Source of the DNA: Octopus vulgaris
Taxonomy: Eukaryota
Reading direction: 5' to 3'
DNA: 64,000 bases
NCBI GenBank assembly: GCA_951406725.2
Contig: OX597823.1
Location: 101,184,001 to 101,248,000 of the forward strand
Shown: positions 38,593 to 54,445 of the stretch, in pieces
Position numbering within the stretch: the stretch's first letter is position 1
How the letters are laid out: the number at the start of each line of letters is the position of its first letter
Made by a program: the position numbers and the translations under genes
The notes under the pieces: generated by a model
Told to the model about the DNA's origin: nothing
Database searches by the model: none
What the model saw: only the letters and a program-made list of their open reading frames with translations

Positions 38593-39216
38593 CCATTAAC
38601 ACACACGCGCGCACACACAGGTATGCCAAATTACTTTCACTGTTTACAAGTATTATATACATATGTGTATGTATGTGTATGTGTGCGCTCGTGTACATAA
38701 GATGTTTTCTGATCATGTATATATGTATGTGCTTATAATTTTGAGAGCGATGTTGTCACATTCATTTTAGCGTAGAATTTATACACCAACATTCTTAAAA
38801 GGCCTATTTGTTTGGAAAACAGTTTCGGATTTTTGTTTGAACGTAAAAGATTAGGAATCGGCAAAAAACTATTCATTTACAACAAAATTATAAAAATTAT
38901 TTGCATTTTTTTCGGTATCAGAAACTGATTGTTATTTGATGATCTACAGCAGCAGTGGTTTTTCTCTTTCATAAAAATATTTCCTTTGCATTTGAAGTTG
39001 TAAGAATACATTTTGTTTACATTTGTAATTAGATTTTCAGGTTTAATAAATTGAAATTGAAACATCACCATTGATAGATCTCCAGAAAGTAAAACAACTC
39101 TTGCTTTCAAATGTAAACAAAATACACTACAAATGCAAATGTAATACTATGAAAAACGTACGGCAACCTTAAATTTATGATTTAAAAAAATTAAATTGAA
39201 AAAAGTTTGTTGTTGT

Positions 39217-39581
<365 letters not shown>

Positions 39582-39612
39582 TATTATTATTATTATTAGT
39601 AGTAGTAGTAGT

Positions 39613-40079
39613 ATTGAGTGAGAGAGCAGTGCATGCCATCAAAGTGACACTGGCGTAAAATATACGAAGCCCAATATACCCATCATGACTACCCGTCTGA
39701 TAAAGGTACACCAGGCACATGCATCACAACCATATGTGCGCGACATGGTGATCTCATATCAAGATAAACAGCACATGACTTTGCAGGTGGGGCCCAGTTA
39801 GAATTTTCTTCAGCCCATCCCGCTCAAACGGTCCCTGAATAAGGGTTGTTTAAGGATGTTGAAAGAACCACCCATGTTTCCAGAGGTGAACTATTCAAGC
39901 CCCAAAGAATCCCTCTCAACACATGGCTATGATGCTCCCCCACTACTTCTGCTCGTGATCAGAGATGCACATATCGTCAGCCACTAAGGGACATGCTCAA
40001 CTGGTTATGGTCAAACAACTGACAAGCAAATCTGTGGTATTGAGCAGAATATTTGCTGTAGCCCATCTTTTATACCAAG
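39613..40079. repeat. Unclassified ~470-bp segment embedded in (ATT)n
   Basis: Higher-GC block bounded sharply on both sides by ATT/AGT microsatellite; no ORF recognised. Confidence 0.4.
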
Positions 40080-40764
<685 letters not shown>

Positions 40765-41059
40765 CTTCTTCTTCTACTTGTTGTTGTTGTTGTTATTATT
40801 ATTAAGATGGTGAACCGGAAGAATGATTAGCATGCGGGACAAAATGCCGAAATAAATAACCGCAACCGTTCAATTTACCCAAAGCTGAAACACTCATCTA
40901 TTAAGCTACTGCTTCAGTCGAAGGAAACATGAAACTTTCCAAGTTCCTATATTGGAATATGCATAGGCAGCTTCGATAGTTGGTGCCTAAAGGTTAAATC
41001 CATCCTTCGAGATACGTATGAAAGATATAATACTATCTAGTCTATACTACCATTCATTA

Positions 41060-42735
41060 ACCAAATTGCAACGTTGGTAGACTCAACAGGCGTATCGATT
41101 GAGGACCCTTAGCAGAGGCTTTTTCGACAATTTTCAAACAAGATGATGGTCGTGACCCCCCACCCCATTTGATAGATCGGTACCTCCAATGCCTAGATTG
41201 GTCATCACTCGTGACGAAGTCGAACGCGTTATTTAAGGCCTCGATGTCAACAAGGGTCACAGCCCTGACGGCACACACCCACAGGTTATCAAAGCGTTGG
41301 CTCCAGTCATCTGCGAACCTTTAACACTTCTATTCAATATGTCATTGGCGACGGGTGTTGTACCTGCGGACTGGAGAACAGCGATAATCTGCCCGATTTT
41401 CAAGAAAAGGAGCCGCGAAGACCCGCTTAACTACCGACCGGTTTCTCTTATTCAATAATCAGCAAGATGTTCGAAACCATCCCCAAGAAAAGTATGTTGC
41501 TCCACCTCCAAAACACAGCCTCTATCTCTGATTCCCAACACTGCTTCGTGCCGAAGAGATCATGCTTGACCAACTTACTGGTAATGGAAGAATTGATGAC
41601 ACGTATCCTGGATGATGGTGATGCTGTTGACATCGTTTTATTGGACTTTGCCAAAGCTTTTGACTCGGTTAACCACCGCCTATTACTTGTCAAGCTTCAA
41701 GTATATAGTTTCCATCCGGATATTGTACGATGGGTTGGTTCCTTCCTCTCAGATCGCTCCTTCCAAGTCCAAGTTAACGTCTCCAGTGCGAGCAGTGGCG
41801 TGCCTCAAGGTTCAGTGCTTGGGCCGTTATTGTTTTTAGTCTTCATCAATGACTTGCCCGACGACCTTACGCAACACACCCTTCTATTTGCCGATGATGT
41901 CAAACTGGTCGCTCCTCGCAGTGATATTGATGATCTTCGTCGATGCCTCCACCAAGTTTGGAGATGGTCAAACGAATAGGACCTGTGTCTGAACGTGTCA
42001 AAGTGCTGTCATCTGCTTGTTGGCTCCTCTCCTGCAACTCAACTTGATTTCGAGTCGGGTCATCTGCTGCTGGAAAGGACCGACCAGGTAAAGACCTGGG
42101 TATCTTGGTGGATTCTTCCTTTTCGCCTTCGGTCCAATGCGTCCATGCTGCCAACAAAGTACGCGGAGTTCTGTTTTTGATTCGACGGTCATTCGGAATG
42201 CTCACAGCAGCCATATTCCTACCGCTCTATGTCACGCTGGTGAGACCCATGTTGGAGTACGGGATTCAAGCCTCTTCTCCTTATCTCCTCGAAGACATAC
42301 ATCATCTTGAAAGAATCCAGAAGCTGGCTACCCGCATGGTTCTTGGTCTCAAGCATTTGACTTATGAAGAAAGGCTGAAGACGCTCGAAAAACGACGACG
42401 CTGTGGTGATCTCATTCTCGCTCACAACATCATAAGCGGAAAGTGTAAACTCTCGAAAGAGCTGTTCTTCACTCTTGCTCCAGAGCGTCGGCTGCGGGGT
42501 CATTCCGAAAAGCTCTATGCACGATGATTTCATCTCAATCGAAGGCGAGAGGCTTTCTCCGTCCGGGTTGCGGATCCGTGGAATAAGCTGCCAGACGAGA
42601 TAGTGAAGATGCCGACGACCGCTCGGTTCAAAGTCTCTCTTGACCAGAAATAGCCTGAACTCTTTGTATGACCACCCTCCCTGTATACATAACTCCCTGT
42701 CCCCCTCCATGGCCTTGACGAAAATGACGAAAATT
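41060..42735 (+). mobile_element. 5'-truncated CR1-clade LINE (RT domain, disrupted)
   Basis: PADWRTAIICPIFKK..NYRPVSL, LDFAKAFDSVNH, GVPQGSVLGPLLFLVFINDLP, FADDVKL, LVRPMLEYG, LERIQKLATR. Confidence 0.92.
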
Positions 42736-43976
42736 TCCTCACCAAAATGATACGCACCTCAGACAGAACAGTATATATAATTTCTAAGTGCAGGTAGCAG
42801 AACTATTTCATTTACTAGCTTCAACATTGCAAACTTAAATTCAATCATGAAATAAGTAGAAGACCATGGACTAACATCTCGTAAGTAGAAATTAACATTA
42901 TACCGAACTACATCGACTGAGAAAGGTAGCCATTCTACTATACAGCCCTGTCTGGAAATTTTCCCAAAACTGTTATATCGAATTCTGATCAACAGTGTGC
43001 TGTAAGTTAACACTATAGCCAGATCTATTTCTTTTCGACTAGAGATATACTTTTTAGTTCATAGTAATCATAATAACTGCCCCCTCCGAAATCGAAGCGG
43101 CATGTATCAAACCGAAAATGAGAGGATGACAGGAGCAAAGATAACTCAAGGAGAATCAATGCATTTTGATCTGATAGATGGAAAGACAAGTCCATTCTGA
43201 TGGGTGTTTCTCACTGGATGGATAATCTATCTTGGGTCTGAATTGGTGCTGGTCTCTTAAAAGAGAACTAAGAGAAGGTAAAGACGTAACGACCGAATTT
43301 TCCCTTAAATTGAATAAATTGGAATGCCTGCAGTGATTTTCTTAAAAGAATGGACAGATATCGCTGTTTGCTCTCTGTATTCACTCTATACACATAAGCA
43401 CTGAGTTTACAACATTTAAGTGGTTTTTCAGAGGACAGCCGGCGTGCAATGTTAACATAAAGAAGACGTAAAGGGGATCTTTTTGGCCGGCTCGTGTCTT
43501 TGACAAAACTACAGTCTTTGGTAACATGTAGACTGAGGATGGTAGTATATTTATTAGTATACTTTATTAGCATATTTATTAGTAGACCTGTTCGCTTAGG
43601 AAAAGATTTATTTCTTAATTTCCCATGCTTACTGAAGCGTATTTTATTATTTTAACGATCACATTTTCTTTTTTTAGTCTGATTATTTATTGTCGTTATA
43701 TGATAATTAAATTAAAACTTTTTCAATTACGCCTTCAGCTCTGTTTAGCAATTACAATGTGTTAAAGTTAAATTGTATATGTCTTAATGTGAAAATTAGC
43801 ATCATGATAATAAGAAATAACAAATGTGAACCAAATTACGTGGAAGACAGGTTGATAATTGTAGTAAAATGTGCATATTATGATAATAATGTAATATTAT
43901 ATAATCTGTCTAGTTACTGAATATGTCAGTTTAAAGTTATAGAGAAGCTATTCATTTAATAATTTATCGCTGTCAT

Positions 43977-46394
43977 ATAAATAGAGAATACTAAACGAGT
44001 TCCCTATGGATATCGTATTTATTACAACGAGTGGCTTGTAAACGTATCTAACGAGCGAAAGTGAGTTGTAATAAATACGGTATCCATAGGGAATGAGTTT
44101 GGTATTTTATTTATTACACACGAATAAACGACCATATTTTATCAATGTAATAATTAAATTCTTCACATCATGTTGAAGCGCGCATGAATACAGCTTGATT
44201 TCACGTCAGTGACGTCACAATGTGTAACTGTAAAATATGTCATGCCGCAGGAAGATAGTCCGACTTTATAGCGCTAAGTTTTCAGGTGAAATGACTGATA
44301 ACTGATGACTATTTAACATTTTGTTAACATTCAAGTTCACGTTCAAGAAATACATAACACAGATTGAATCTTCAATAACTTTAATAATACTCAAATATGT
44401 TTTCGAGTAGCAATGTCAGTCAGAGTAGAGCAGTCCAGGAAAACTTAACATTCCTCATCATCTGTGAGACGAGGTCGCTTTGCATCTGAACCAAAGAAGT
44501 TCACATTGATTGTTCCCCCATATATTGGAGCCGAGAAAATGGAGTGCAATGAACCAAAGCAAGTGACAGCGTTCCGAGGTTGACTCGACGTAACGTTGAC
44601 GTTCACTTGCACTCGCTGCTGCTGTGTGTGACGGAGGTAGAAGCGAACCAGGCTGGTCGTTGTTGCTACTAAGGATGTTACTGATGACACGATGACAATC
44701 CATGGAAATATTGCTGTAACTATTGATGCTTTGCACATTACGATGTCCAGATATCTGCATGATTTCAGTTGGAGGAATGTTCTGGTCAGCGAGCTTCTGC
44801 ACAAGGTATTTGTGTGCTGAATGGTTCGTGAATCTTCGATTGTCCAAACCAGCTGATTTAGCCATCCTTTTCATAATTGTACCTAGTTTGTTGACACCGA
44901 GCGGTTGACGTTTAAACCAGGGATGAGAATGGGAGGCATCTTTGCAGTTGGTGGCCAAATAAAATAGTGAATCCGGCGATGAATAATCTGATGGTCTCAG
45001 ATCAGCAAAACGCTTGTACAGGTTAACTGGACAACGCTCATCATTCGTCGCCCATGCTTTTGGGTAGATGTTATGTGCATGGTCGAGATTATCACCTTGA
45101 CAAGTTTTGGACTGTCGCTCCCTAAACTGAAGGAATTCCTTGCCTTCATTGTCAACATGCAAAGAAACGTCGCCCCATCGCATGTCGTTGTGAGGTTTGA
45201 CACTCCGGATACCAAAGTGAACGGTGTTGTTCCACCATAGCGTGTTGAGGATGGATTCAGGTGTGTTCGGACCGAGCTGGTCACATTCCCATAGCTTGTT
45301 GATATCATCGTCGGAGAGAGATTCCGCGTGTCGAGGTAGGTTTCCCATTCCTTCACTTTTCAACAGCTTTTGCTTTGTTTTTAGTACGTCATGTAGTTTC
45401 ACGAATGTCCCGTCCGAGAATAGTGACGTCGAGTAGTGTTTTGACTTCAGATATCTTTCAATACTGGATAACATTCCCCTCAAAGATGAAGGTTTAATAG
45501 TTGCTACCGTCCGGCTTTCGTAACGAAATAAAGAAAGTACAGAGAATGTCACAAAGTTCGCTTTTGTCAATAGATTCAATTGGACGCGTGTCGCCATTTG
45601 TCGCCATGAAAGCAAACAATCGTTTAACATCATAGTTTGTTTTCCGAAGAGTATTTTTATTTTGATTACCTTGAACGAATTTATCTATTCCAGAATGATC
45701 ATACCTCGGTTGAAATTCAAGATCATTATGGCTATCATCAAAGAAATCGTCACGAAGAAGATCATTGTACACCTCATCAGGGATGTTAAATGCAGGGTTC
45801 GATGACAATCCACTCGTGGATGACACTGTTTCAGGTACCTTTGTTAACTTGTATCCAGCAACATGTCGAACTTGGCCAGTATTTATCTTCACATTGAACA
45901 TTCTATATGTTCCAAGAGGTTGAACAACGGATAATACTCTTCCCCCATCTTTACCATCAATCTTAACAAAATCATTCACCTTGATATCGATAACATTAGC
46001 CATCTTGTTGATAGATCTACCTGCACTGCAACAGTATCGACGAGCAGACGATATATGTTTGCACTGCAACTGTATCGACGAGCAGACGATATATGTTGTG
46101 ATTTTTTTGGCAACAAAAAATTGAATTACGACCAGAAATGTTTATATTTTATGTGTATATGACTTTAAGTGATATCTGGTATAAAAAAGATAGTATGTTT
46201 GTTTAATTACATGGCTACATTCTACCGGCTCGTGAAAGTTTAGTTGTAACTTATGAATGACAAAAGTAGTGCCGTCACCGTGACCTCGGGTCATCACCAT
46301 GGATTGACCAATCAGAAGCAGCGCTCGCAGTATCTGACATATGTTAGATACCAAAAATATCTCAAAGTGTTCTCACTCACATGTGTGTAATAAA
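43977..46394 (-). mobile_element. Crypton-type (DUF3504 tyrosine recombinase) DNA transposon, ~2.4 kb
   Basis: Recombinase ORF; terminal hairpin 43987-44106; TTTATTACACAC (~44110) inverted at GTGTGTAATAAA (46383-46394); ATAAA direct repeats at both ends. Confidence 0.82.
44445..46003 (-). pseudogene. CryptonA-like tyrosine recombinase (ZMYM/QRICH1/KCTD1-related DUF3504), two frameshifts
   Basis: NKNTLRKT..LRKPDGSNY|KPSSL..SSIERYL..GMGN..LWWNNTVHFGIR..H..FKRQPLGVNKL..TNHSAH..ISGHRNVQSINSY; C-terminal IYGGTINVNF..KRPR; 1-nt insertion at ~45495, second shift near 44640. Confidence 0.87.
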
Positions 46395-46502
46395 CCTATA
46401 AAGTACGTTACATGCTTATGCTATAAAGTGAGAGATATATTATAGTAAGAGTCTGTTGTAGCACAGTATATTCATATCGTTGAATCATACTATTGTACTT
46501 GT

Positions 46503-46790
46503 GGAGGCACATGGCCTAGTGGTTAGAGCATCGGACTCGCGGTCGAAGGATCGCGGGTTCAAATCTCAAACCGGGTGATGTGTGTGTTTATGAGCGAAGC
46601 ACCTAAGCTCCACGCGGCTCCGGCAGAAGGTGATGGCGAACGTCTGCTGACTCTTTCGCCATAACTTTCTCTCACTCTTTCCTCTTGCAGCTCACCTGCG
46701 ACAGACTGGCGTCCCGTCCAGATGAGGAACCTATACGCCAAGGAAACCGGGAAACCCCTATGAGCCAGGCGTGGCTCGAGAAGGAAAGAA
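46503..46790 (+). mobile_element. tRNA-derived SINE (family 2)
   Basis: A box TGGCCTAGTGG and B box GGTTCAAATC followed by a non-tRNA body; body homologous to 54240-54445 (-). Confidence 0.8.
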
Positions 46791-47289
46791 GGAACTATTG
46801 TACTTCTAGACTTTATTGGAATTCTAGAAACTCACAACCATATGAATGTGTTTTCCGTTGTCTTTAGTTCTCGAAACCTCGTTGAAACAGATGAAATAAA
46901 CACCAGAGATGCTTTGCCCCACATAGAAACTGCAGGACCTATTCAGAGGTTTTGTAAGCTCTTCTTCATTGAAACAAGCTAATCAAGTATTTGACAATAA
47001 AAAACGTAATGTTTGCAATATAGTATGCATTCAGTAAAATAAGAGCAGTAGGAAAGAAACGAATTCTCGGGTGCACGATAACGACGGAAAAATGGTGATC
47101 TAATGGATCAGGAAGAGTGACACTCTAGCAGATCGCTACTTAGTGGCAGCGTTCCATCAAGTGATCGACCATATCACCAGAAATGATGGCGATCAATTTT
47201 CAAACAAATGTGAAATTGTAAAAGACACAGCATATTTTGATCTACGCCGTTTCTAAAATCATTCAAAGAAAACTGCATTGCCATCAGAA

Positions 47290-48060
47290 ACTCTGACAAG
47301 CATCAGCAACCGTTAATATATAGACATACAAGAATTTGACGAAGATTTGCAGTCTATTCTCCGCTTTCAGTTTGTTATAAAGAAGAGTAGTGTTCAGTAA
47401 TCCGTTTTCTGTGAACCGAAATTCATCGAAGGAGTTCAGGACAATATGGAAACCGTGCTTTTCCCGTTTAAGAATGAATTGAAAAATGGCTGTTTGTGAA
47501 TATATTGAAAAATACTTAAATTGTCTCAAAGGTATCATTTATCAAAAAACGCCATTCGAACATTCGAATACTGACAACATTGAATAAATCTGCAATGCGG
47601 TTCTACTGAATGGATGTATGATTAATGTTGAGGTAGCAAATAATATGCAAATTGATCGTGTTTCTGTTTATGAAATCAGCCACAACATAATTAGCTTTAG
47701 TCTGTTCGAGATAGATCCTAAAATAACTCGCAGAAGTGGGCAAACAAAATCTTTCTGAAACCTGCTATCGACTTCTCTTGAATCATTATGGTAATGGTCA
47801 CATGTGGCAAAAGGTTGCCATTCCTGACGATTTCTATGAGGGCATTGCCAATACATGCGTACTGTATGTGTATGTGTGTGTGCGGCGTGTGTGTCTGTGG
47901 GATTTCCTGAGCTGTTTCCTTAGAAATAAATAATTTTATAGCATCGTGTATTGAGTAGGATGGGGCAAAATGGGTAAATGTGTAATTCCTGATTTCTCCG
48001 TAAATATTTTGTACTGTTGCATTATCTTTGAGAGTAAACATTGGTCAGCATGGTTGTTGT
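47290..48060 (-). mobile_element. Possible highly decayed piggyBac-like transposase remnant
   Basis: Weak motifs only: SIHDAIKLFISKETAQEI and RF.KILFAHFCE. Confidence 0.3.
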
Positions 48061-49607
48061 TGAGAGATCTTGAAACATGGTCAGCTGACGAGTACATTCA
48101 ACTTTGACCCGATTTGTAATTGAAGTTGCAAATAAAATATTTGGGTAATTTCTTTGGTGTTTAACATTCAAAATTATTTTCTCTGCTGGATTCCAAGGCA
48201 ATGTTTTCCTCGCACTAATGTCTAATTAGTAATTTTCAATTTACAAAAAAACAAAAAACAAAACAAAACAAAAAAAAAACTGATATCCAAAGCGGGGCAA
48301 AATGAATATTAATTAATTTCAATAATTCCTTCTCTTTAACTGTACGGTGCGTGAAAATATCAGGAAGAGTGACACTCTAGCAGATCACAAACATGCTACA
48401 GAGAATATTCTAAGTTGAATTTTTGTATGTAGCTGAGTTTCGTTAATTTCATATTATGTACCATTTTTCCCTGATCCTCTTTCAATCAACCTAGATATTT
48501 AAAATTTTTGTTGTATTTCTGATCTTTCTGATGTCCAAGGATGAATATTGATGTGAATAAATATTTGTGCAAATGTAATTTTGGAGAATTGAAGAGGCAA
48601 ATTTACTTCATTTTGTCGCTCTCATTTTGCCCAACCTAAATTTGATTTTTGTGTGCTTAAAGAGAACGGAGATAATTTTCTGAAATTGTGTTCTGAAAAT
48701 TTTATAATGTCTTTAAAACATTTAGAGAAGCTAATTTGCTTAACTGATATAGTTTTTGTAAAATACTCATCATTAGTATATAATATTTTTTTCTCAAAGT
48801 CAAAAGTGCAATAAATATTAGTACTTGTGTCTCATACAGCACGTTGCATCTACTTTCGTTTTTAATCTTAAACGTGTATGTGTGTGTGTGTATTTGTATA
48901 TATACATATATACATATATGTATACCTGCATACATATATACATACAAACGTGCATACATACATACTTTATACATTATCTCACAGAAGTATGTACATCCCT
49001 AAAACATTTCTGTAAAATTGCCATTACTCTGATAATATCGAAGGAAATCAAACGAAACTTATACTGAATGAAATATATTATACATTCAAAGATTATACAA
49101 ATTAGGAACACAATTAATTTTCAAACGAATCCAGAACCATATGAGTCCTGGAAGTAGAACTATGCCCCGTACTTTCCTGGAAGCCCTGAATTATCAATCC
49201 TGACCAGCCACTTCACTCAATATGTATATATGTAGTCCTCATCAGCCACGCCCCTATATATGTATAATTTTTTTTTTCTTACATTTTTGCATTGTTTTTC
49301 GAAACGTACGTATGCATTGAATCTATTTATAAACAGATGAATTCGACTTAATGGGATTTAAAGTTTCACGGGTCACATTAATAGTAAATGTGTTGAGCCG
49401 CCTTTTCTGTCATTTTCCACTCACTCGTCTACATATGTGTGTGCATGTGTGTGAGTGCGCGCGCACCCCCACCCCTACACACATATACATATATATATGT
49501 ATATGTATATATACATATATATATGCATATGTATATATATATATATGCTTACATTTATATTCATGCATGCATGTATATAAACGCATATATATGTACATAC
49601 ATACATG

Positions 49608-50034
49608 ATGGCTGCCCTCTCGTTATCGAATATGACCATTGCACGAAGCTTAACTGTTATTGGTGCTGTGATCGAATGTGACATTTTAGCCCAGCTAAAG
49701 ATCTACAATGTCTTGTACAGAATTGGCAGCTAAAACCTTTCCTGGCAATAGCCGCCTGTAGTTGTAACTGGGCTTCAAGTACCTTTGCATGTCGTTTAAG
49801 ACCTCCTGCCGAATTATACTTTCTTCCACATGCCTGACAGATATAATTAGTATGGTGTGTAACACCACCACCAGTGGCCAGGTTGCCACTCATCTGTCTC
49901 GCTTTATGACTACGAAGATGACTCTTGAGTCCAGCTTTACTGAGACAGGGTCTTGCACAGACACTGCATGTCAGCATCATAGGAAGATCCTTCCCATCTG
50001 GAAGTGTAACAGCGATGCCCTTCCTGACATCTCT
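49608..50034 (-). mobile_element. 3' fragment of the same RTE family as 18880-20508
   Basis: High identity to ~20098-20508; three C2H2 motifs; flanked by (TACA)n on both sides. Confidence 0.9.
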
Positions 50035-50101
50035 ACATACATGCATACATACATCCTTACATACATGCATACATACATACATACATACATACATACATAC
50101 A

Positions 50102-50132
<31 letters not shown>

Positions 50133-50167
50133 GTATGTATACATGTACATAGATAATCCCTATCACC

Positions 50168-50295
50168 ACCTACAACCACCACCACCACCACCACCACCAC
50201 CACACCACCACCACCACAACCACCACCACCACCACCACCACCACCACCACCACCACCACCACCACCACCACCACCACCACCACCACCACCACCAT
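50168..50295. repeat. (CCA)n microsatellite
   Basis: Direct observation. Confidence 0.95.
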
Positions 50296-50537
50296 GCTGC
50301 CACTGTCCTTAGTTTATCAAATCATCAAAACTGAAATCCCTCCCATGTACATTTCAGGCTTCAAGGAAGGAGTCATCATCATGAATCTGAGGATAGCGAA
50401 CAGGACGACGGTGATGCAGCAGATGATCTGATAAGGTAATTGTTGATATTGTTGGAATGTTTGTGTGTGAGTGTGTGTGAGGGTGTGTGTGTATGTGTGT
50501 GTGTGTAAGTATGTGTGTGCATATATCTATACATACA

Positions 50538-50578
<41 letters not shown>

Positions 50579-50628
50579 GCACATATACATATGAGTATAT
50601 ATAAATAAATAAATATAATATATATGTA

Positions 50629-50663
<35 letters not shown>

Positions 50664-50680
50664 GCATGTATATATGCGTC

Positions 50681-50711
<31 letters not shown>

Positions 50712-50791
50712 GCATGTATATATGCGTCTGTGTGTATATATATGTGTGTGTGTGTGTGTATGTATATATATATATGTTATTATTATTATTA

Positions 50792-50841
<50 letters not shown>

Positions 50842-50977
50842 CATCATTATCATCATCATCAAAGATATATATATATATATAAATATAAATAATATATATG
50901 TATGTGTGTACATATATATATGCATGTATATATGCGTCTGTGTATATATTTGTATATATATGTTATTATTATTACTA

Positions 50978-51054
<77 letters not shown>

Positions 51055-51350
51055 CATTATCATCATCATCATCATCAAAGATAAAAATCTATTTAGGATT
51101 TTATCAGGTAGCTAGCATGTAAAACCTTTTCGGTATAAATTAATACAGAGTATATAATGTTTTTTTAGAAATTATAATAAGGGCAAACGAAGAAAAAAAT
51201 CTTTGTTGTTTATTTCCCTCGCTTTCAGCCCGTGTCTATGTGATAAATAAGGCAGTTTTAGAGCCATTTGACATCATCTTCTAGCATGTGGCACTACCAT
51301 GTAGTTTGCCTTTATCATAATTATATATATATGTATGTGTATATTTATGT

Positions 51351-51381
<31 letters not shown>

Positions 51382-51765
51382 CTAGCAGTATCGCCCGGCG
51401 ATGCTCGGGTTTGTAAGGGAAATAACTATAAAGCATTTTTCGAGAGTTATAGCCAAAAATAGCAAAAAAATGGGGAAAAAAATGATGGTAAATTTTTTTT
51501 GATAGTTAAAAAGGTCGAGTTGCGTCCCCTAGACCATCGGTGGTTTGTGTTTCTGATTGTCGACCCCATGTCGAATTTATCGATCTTTTTCAGAACTGGG
51601 GGAACTTTTCAAAATTTTCGCTGCGTTAGTTTTGAATTATGACATTGGGCTATGTGTGCGTCAAGTTTCATCAGAATCGGTTGAAAGCCGTGGTCAGAGT
51701 GAGGGTACAAGCAAACAGACACACAGAAACACACACAGACAAACTGCCGTTTATATAGAGAGAGA
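51382..51765 (-). mobile_element. Non-autonomous Helitron sharing its 3' end with 26175-26570
   Basis: CTAGCAGTATCGCCCGGCG.TGCTCGGG... homologous for ~120 bp, then diverges; TC start on the minus strand. Confidence 0.75.
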
Positions 51766-52140
51766 TATTAGAAGAAATGAGGTAATCAGAAGATCGGATG
51801 GCTTATATTTACAGATATTTATTTATATATTACGTTTTTTATATATAAATGGCGGTGCCCCAGCATGGCCACAGCTCATGAGCTGAAACTGGAATCAATC
51901 AATCAATCAATCAATATCATATCACTGAGATCATTAGCGCTTTCTCCCATTCTAGTGGGGTTTTCAAATCAAAATAATTCCTTTGTGGGGAATTTTAATC
52001 ATTTTATAGAGTTTCATAGTGGTGGGGAGGAACAAGAGAGCACAAGAGGGTGAGGAGACAGTGAGAGAGAGAACATGTGTGTATGTGTATGTGTATGTGT
52101 GTGTGTGTGTGTGCGCGTTTGTATCTGAGGCGAGTGCTAA

Positions 52141-52256
<116 letters not shown>

Positions 52257-52640
52257 ATGTATGTATGTGTGTATGTATGTATAAGTGTGTGTGTATATGT
52301 GTGCTTGTGTGTTTGTGTGTTTGCATGTATCTATATGTCCACACATATAGATACATGCAAACACAAACACACAAGCACACATATACACACACACTTATAC
52401 ATACATACACACATACGTACATACAGTGTGCCGATCAATTGTCGATGTTGCGGTTATCATAACATATTTGCCCAGTGTTCTGGCTCAAACGTTATCGGGC
52501 CAGATGTTGACATTTCCTCTCTGTAAAGATAAAGTTTATCAAGACTGAAAATAAACCATGTTGGTTTTCCTCCTAAAAAGATACTTACCATTCCATTGAG
52601 GAATCTGGTGTTGTCTTAATGGTATCTGACCGAAGGTATG

Positions 52641-52688
<48 letters not shown>

Positions 52689-52708
52689 TACATACATACA
52701 TACATACA

Positions 52709-53066
<358 letters not shown>

Positions 53067-54239
53067 TGTACACACACACACACACGCACACACACACACA
53101 CACGCACACACACACACACACATACACACACACACACGTATCGCGCGTGAAAACGCACCTCACGCACATAATATTTCGTGTGCATATGCAAATAGGATAC
53201 CTATATTATAAAGTCTCAGTCAGCTCTTGAGGACCATCGATACCACCACCACCACCACCACCACCACCACCACCAGCAACAACACCAACAGTAGCAATAA
53301 TAATATATATCATAGGCCAAAAAGTACTTGTGATGGGATACATGCTGTGACATTCAAGTTTAGCTAGATATGTAACTCGTCAATCATCTTTCAAAGTTCA
53401 ACAGTATTCTACTGTATGTCTATGTTTTAGCCTTGTGTCAGCTTTCAGCTATGACTTCCTCCATGCTAAGAATGCTTCATTGAGAACAGTACATCTTAAA
53501 AGTTAACTTAATTTTTGTGGTTCTTTTCTCCTGTTTTATCCTTTGCCTATCATGTGTATCACATGTGATACATGAAACATATTTCCCTGGTGCGCATGCA
53601 TTATATAAGATAAATATTCCCAATTAGTTTTTCAACTACCGCAGTAACTTGGAAAGCTATGTATGAAAGGAAAGCTATGTATTTTCTATTGATGGATTGA
53701 CAAATAAGACATCCTTTCATGACTTTATGTATAGTTTGGATGTTGTTAGGAATGGATTACCTTTATACGTATTTCAGTCACTCATGTAACGAACAGATCT
53801 CCAGATTGGATTATGTTCATATACAGAGGCCGCCACTGTATTTTAATAACAATTTTTATCTTTCCGTTGGTGAAACAATATTTGTGCAAGTAGTCTTCCA
53901 ATGGTTATATACCTGCCACCTGCAAATGTTTTGTGGTGTATTTAATTTAACAAAAGAATCGTGACAAAATAGCGTTGCAAACGTGTTATTAAAAGAATGA
54001 AAATGATAGCTAAAAAAAAAATGAGAAACACTGTATTTAGTTGGTGTTTATTTTATCGGCTCTGGAAGGATAAACGCCAAAAATTAACTTTGTAGGATCT
54101 GATCTCTGAACATAAACGATTCCAACTAAAGTTAAATAATCATAAGCATCTTGTCCAACGACCTGACAGTTTTAACAAGTCACCGAAAGATATATTTTCG
54201 TTGCCAATCACCACCAAGACTCAGCCAAAGCTATTTGCT

Positions 54240-54445
54240 GTTTGTTCCTTCTCGAGCCATGCCTGGCTCATAAGGACCGGTTTTTCGGTTTCCTTGGCGT
54301 ATAGGTTCCCTATCTGGTCGGGACGCCGGTCCGTTGCAGGTGAACTGCTAGATGCAGGAGGAAAGAATGAAAGTTGTGGCGAAGGAGTCAGCAGAAGTTC
54401 GCCATTACCTTCTACCGGAGCTGCATGGAGCTTAGGTGTTAAACA
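54240..54445 (-). mobile_element. SINE family 2, 3' portion
   Basis: Reverse-complement match to ~46595-46790. Confidence 0.75.

Noticed and set aside
44445-46003. Host ZMYM/KCTD1/QRICH1 gene
   Set aside because: Intronless, frameshifted, and bounded by Crypton-type termini.
46503-46575. Genuine tRNA gene (also ~21830-21900)
   Set aside because: Continues into a SINE body; no clean acceptor stem or terminator seen.
47108-48386. 28-bp direct repeat ATCAGGAAGAGTGACACTCTAGCAGATC at ~47108 and ~48359
   Set aside because: Real, but only two copies and no element boundaries could be tied to it.
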